Below, piece after piece: positions 47,379 to 48,933 of a DNA stretch of 48,933 bases. Within the stretch, counting starts at the first letter, position 1. Each line of letters begins with the position of its first letter. Under the pieces are notes generated by a model. The model worked only from the letters and a program-made list of their open reading frames with translations. It was not told the DNA's origin and made no database searches. A program made the translations under genes and the position numbers. Source of the stretch: Akkermansiaceae bacterium (GTDB taxonomy: Bacteria > Verrucomicrobiota > Verrucomicrobiia > Verrucomicrobiales > Akkermansiaceae); NCBI GenBank assembly GCA_051251915.1, contig JBPOGF010000025.1, positions 1 to 48,933 of the forward strand. Direction: 5' to 3'.

Positions 47379-48794
47379 TTAGAGCTTTTGTGTTGTTGGG
47401 GTTTTTATTGGTTGTGGTGTAGTGGCTTTTGTTGTTTCTAGCCATTTTTTCAATTTTGTTTTTAGTTGGGCTGTTTGTTTAGGGAGTTTTTTAGAGAGGT
47501 CATTTGTTTCGGATAGGTCAGCTTCGAGGTTGTAGAGTTCGGTTGAGTTGTCATCGTATCTTAGTATTAGTTTATATTTCCCATCACGGATAGCGGATCC
47601 TGGACGATTTTCTTTGTGAAATGACCAATGGGGGTAGTGGAAGTATAGTGGGGGGCGGGTTGTTTGTTTACCTTGTAGTATAGGCTTGAGAGAAATTCCG
47701 TCTACTATTTCTCCTTGTTTAAGGGTGACACCTGCTGCGTCAAGGATGGTGGCTGTTAGATCCATGGAGGAGGCTGGGGTGGAGTTTATTTCATTCGCTT
47801 TGGTAAGTCCTGGCCAGCGGATGATGAGGGGGACGCGGATGCCTCCTTCATAGAGAAAGCCTTTGCCTTCACGTAGTGGGCGGTTATCGGTGGCTCCACT
47901 CCATCCTCCATTATCGCTGGTGAATATTACGAGTGTTTGTTCTTTGATGTTTAGATTGTCTAGTTCATCAAGCACGCGGCCTAGTGCGCGGTCTGTGGCT
48001 TCTATTTGGGCACCATAGATGGGGTTTATTAGTCCTGGGCCTGTTTTTCCTTGGTATGTTTTGATGAGGTCTTCAGGGGCTTCAAATGGGTAGTGTGGGT
48101 TGTATGTCCAGAGGCAGATGAACATGGGTTGGTGTTTGTTGGCTTGCATCCATGTTATGGTTTCGTCTGCGAGGCGGTCACTTAGGTATTCACCTTCTTT
48201 GCGAGGTTTTAGGGTGGGGATGCGGTAGGGGTCAAAGTAGGTAGGTGGGCCGCCCATGCCGCAGCCACCTAGGTTGACGTCGAAGCCTTGTTGGTTAGGG
48301 TAGAAGTTAGAGCTTGGAGGGGTCTCAGTGTTAGCGTTTTTTGAGACTCCGGAAAGGTGCCATTTGCCAAAGAATCCTGTTGCGTATCCTGCATTTTTTA
48401 GTCTTTCCGCGACGGTTACATATTCTAAGTCTAGGATATCAGTCGTGAGGGGAGGCTGAATATTCCGATTTTCTGGCCAAAATACGGGGTTATCACGTCC
48501 GTGTTGGGTTATGTGAAGCCGAGCTGGAGCTTGACCTGTCATGAGTGATGCGCGTGTGGGTGTGCATACTGGTGATGCTGAGTAGGCATCTGTAAAGCGT
48601 ATGGCTGACTTCGCTAAGGCGTCAATGTTAGGAGTCTTGAGCTTGTGGTTTACTTGGCAAGCGAGGTCCATCCAGCCCATGTCATCGGTCATGATGAAAA
48701 GTATGTTGGGCTGTTTGTTAGGATGGGTAGTTTCTGCTGAAGTGGTGAGTGAAAAGAGAAGTAGTAAGAAATAGGTATTGAGAAAGTGTTTCAT
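47379..48794 (-). CDS. S1 family (formylglycine) sulfatase
   Basis: PNILFIMTDDMG, CTPTRASLMTG, GKWHL, SDNGG, YEGGIRVP; signal peptide. Confidence 0.95.
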   Translation of the reverse strand: MKHFLNTYFLLLLFSLTTSAETTHPNKQPNILFIMTDDMGWMDLACQVNHKLKTPNIDALAKSAIRFTDAYSASPVCTPTRASLMTGQAPARLHITQHGRDNPVFWPENRNIQPPLTTDILDLEYVTVAERLKNAGYATGFFGKWHLSGVSKNANTETPPSSNFYPNQQGFDVNLGGCGMGGPPTYFDPYRIPTLKPRKEGEYLSDRLADETITWMQANKHQPMFICLWTYNPHYPFEAPEDLIKTYQGKTGPGLINPIYGAQIEATDRALGRVLDELDNLNIKEQTLVIFTSDNGGWSGATDNRPLREGKGFLYEGGIRVPLIIRWPGLTKANEINSTPASSMDLTATILDAAGVTLKQGEIVDGISLKPILQGKQTTRPPLYFHYPHWSFHKENRPGSAIRDGKYKLILRYDDNSTELYNLEADLSETNDLSKKLPKQTAQLKTKLKKWLETTKATTPQPIKTPTTQKL

Positions 48795-48857
48795 AGAGGA
48801 GGAGATTATAGCCTGAATTATTTTAGCAAAAGGTTAAATTTTTTCTGCTTAGAGATG

Positions 48858-48933
48858 CGTGTTGCCTCATTGAAGCGGACACCGAAAAAAACTTAGTCTT
48901 GCCGAGAATAGCTCCCGTTGCCTCATAAATGAG
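48858..48933. repeat. Palindrome-containing dispersed repeat at right contig end
   Basis: Exact 76-bp reverse complement of 2..77. Confidence 0.9.

Noticed and set aside
1..48933. Linear plasmid/phage or giant transposon with terminal inverted repeats
   Set aside because: Content is chromosomal housekeeping genes with no replication, terminal protein, protelomerase or transposase gene; assembly breaks at a dispersed repeat are the simpler explanation

Overview
A 48.9 kb bacterial chromosomal contig, most likely from a Verrucomicrobiota (PVC superphylum) organism. That assignment is an inference from the SHD1-domain secreted proteins, the DUF1080/cytochrome c/beta-propeller module, LpxI, sulfatase and GH29 fucosidase. 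Both ends stop inside the same 76-bp palindrome-containing repeat, in inverted orientation. Positions 1-27 kb are mostly core genes (ruvC, DEAD-box helicase, fabH, DHQ synthase-like, tdh, ruvB, lpxI, rex, ald, DAHP synthase, metY, pgl, ispA, asd), plus a SenB-like selenosugar synthase, an archaemetzincin and a doubled SHD1/retropepsin protease. Positions 27.5-29 kb and 33.5-47.3 kb are accessory arrays of short genes (GNATs, HADs, phosphotransferases, an OXA-2-like class D beta-lactamase, a Rieske protein with a SufR-like regulator, several pseudogene remnants). The most striking unexplained locus is a cluster of three tiny lipoproteins at 26590-27108, two of them missed by the ORF track. One has a predicted 7-residue mature part (CGCGCGL); the other two are Pro-rich and end in Lys. 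Two MITE-like repeat families are also present. No rRNA, tRNA, CRISPR array, integrase or transposase was recognised. All product calls come from motif recognition by eye, not database searches.
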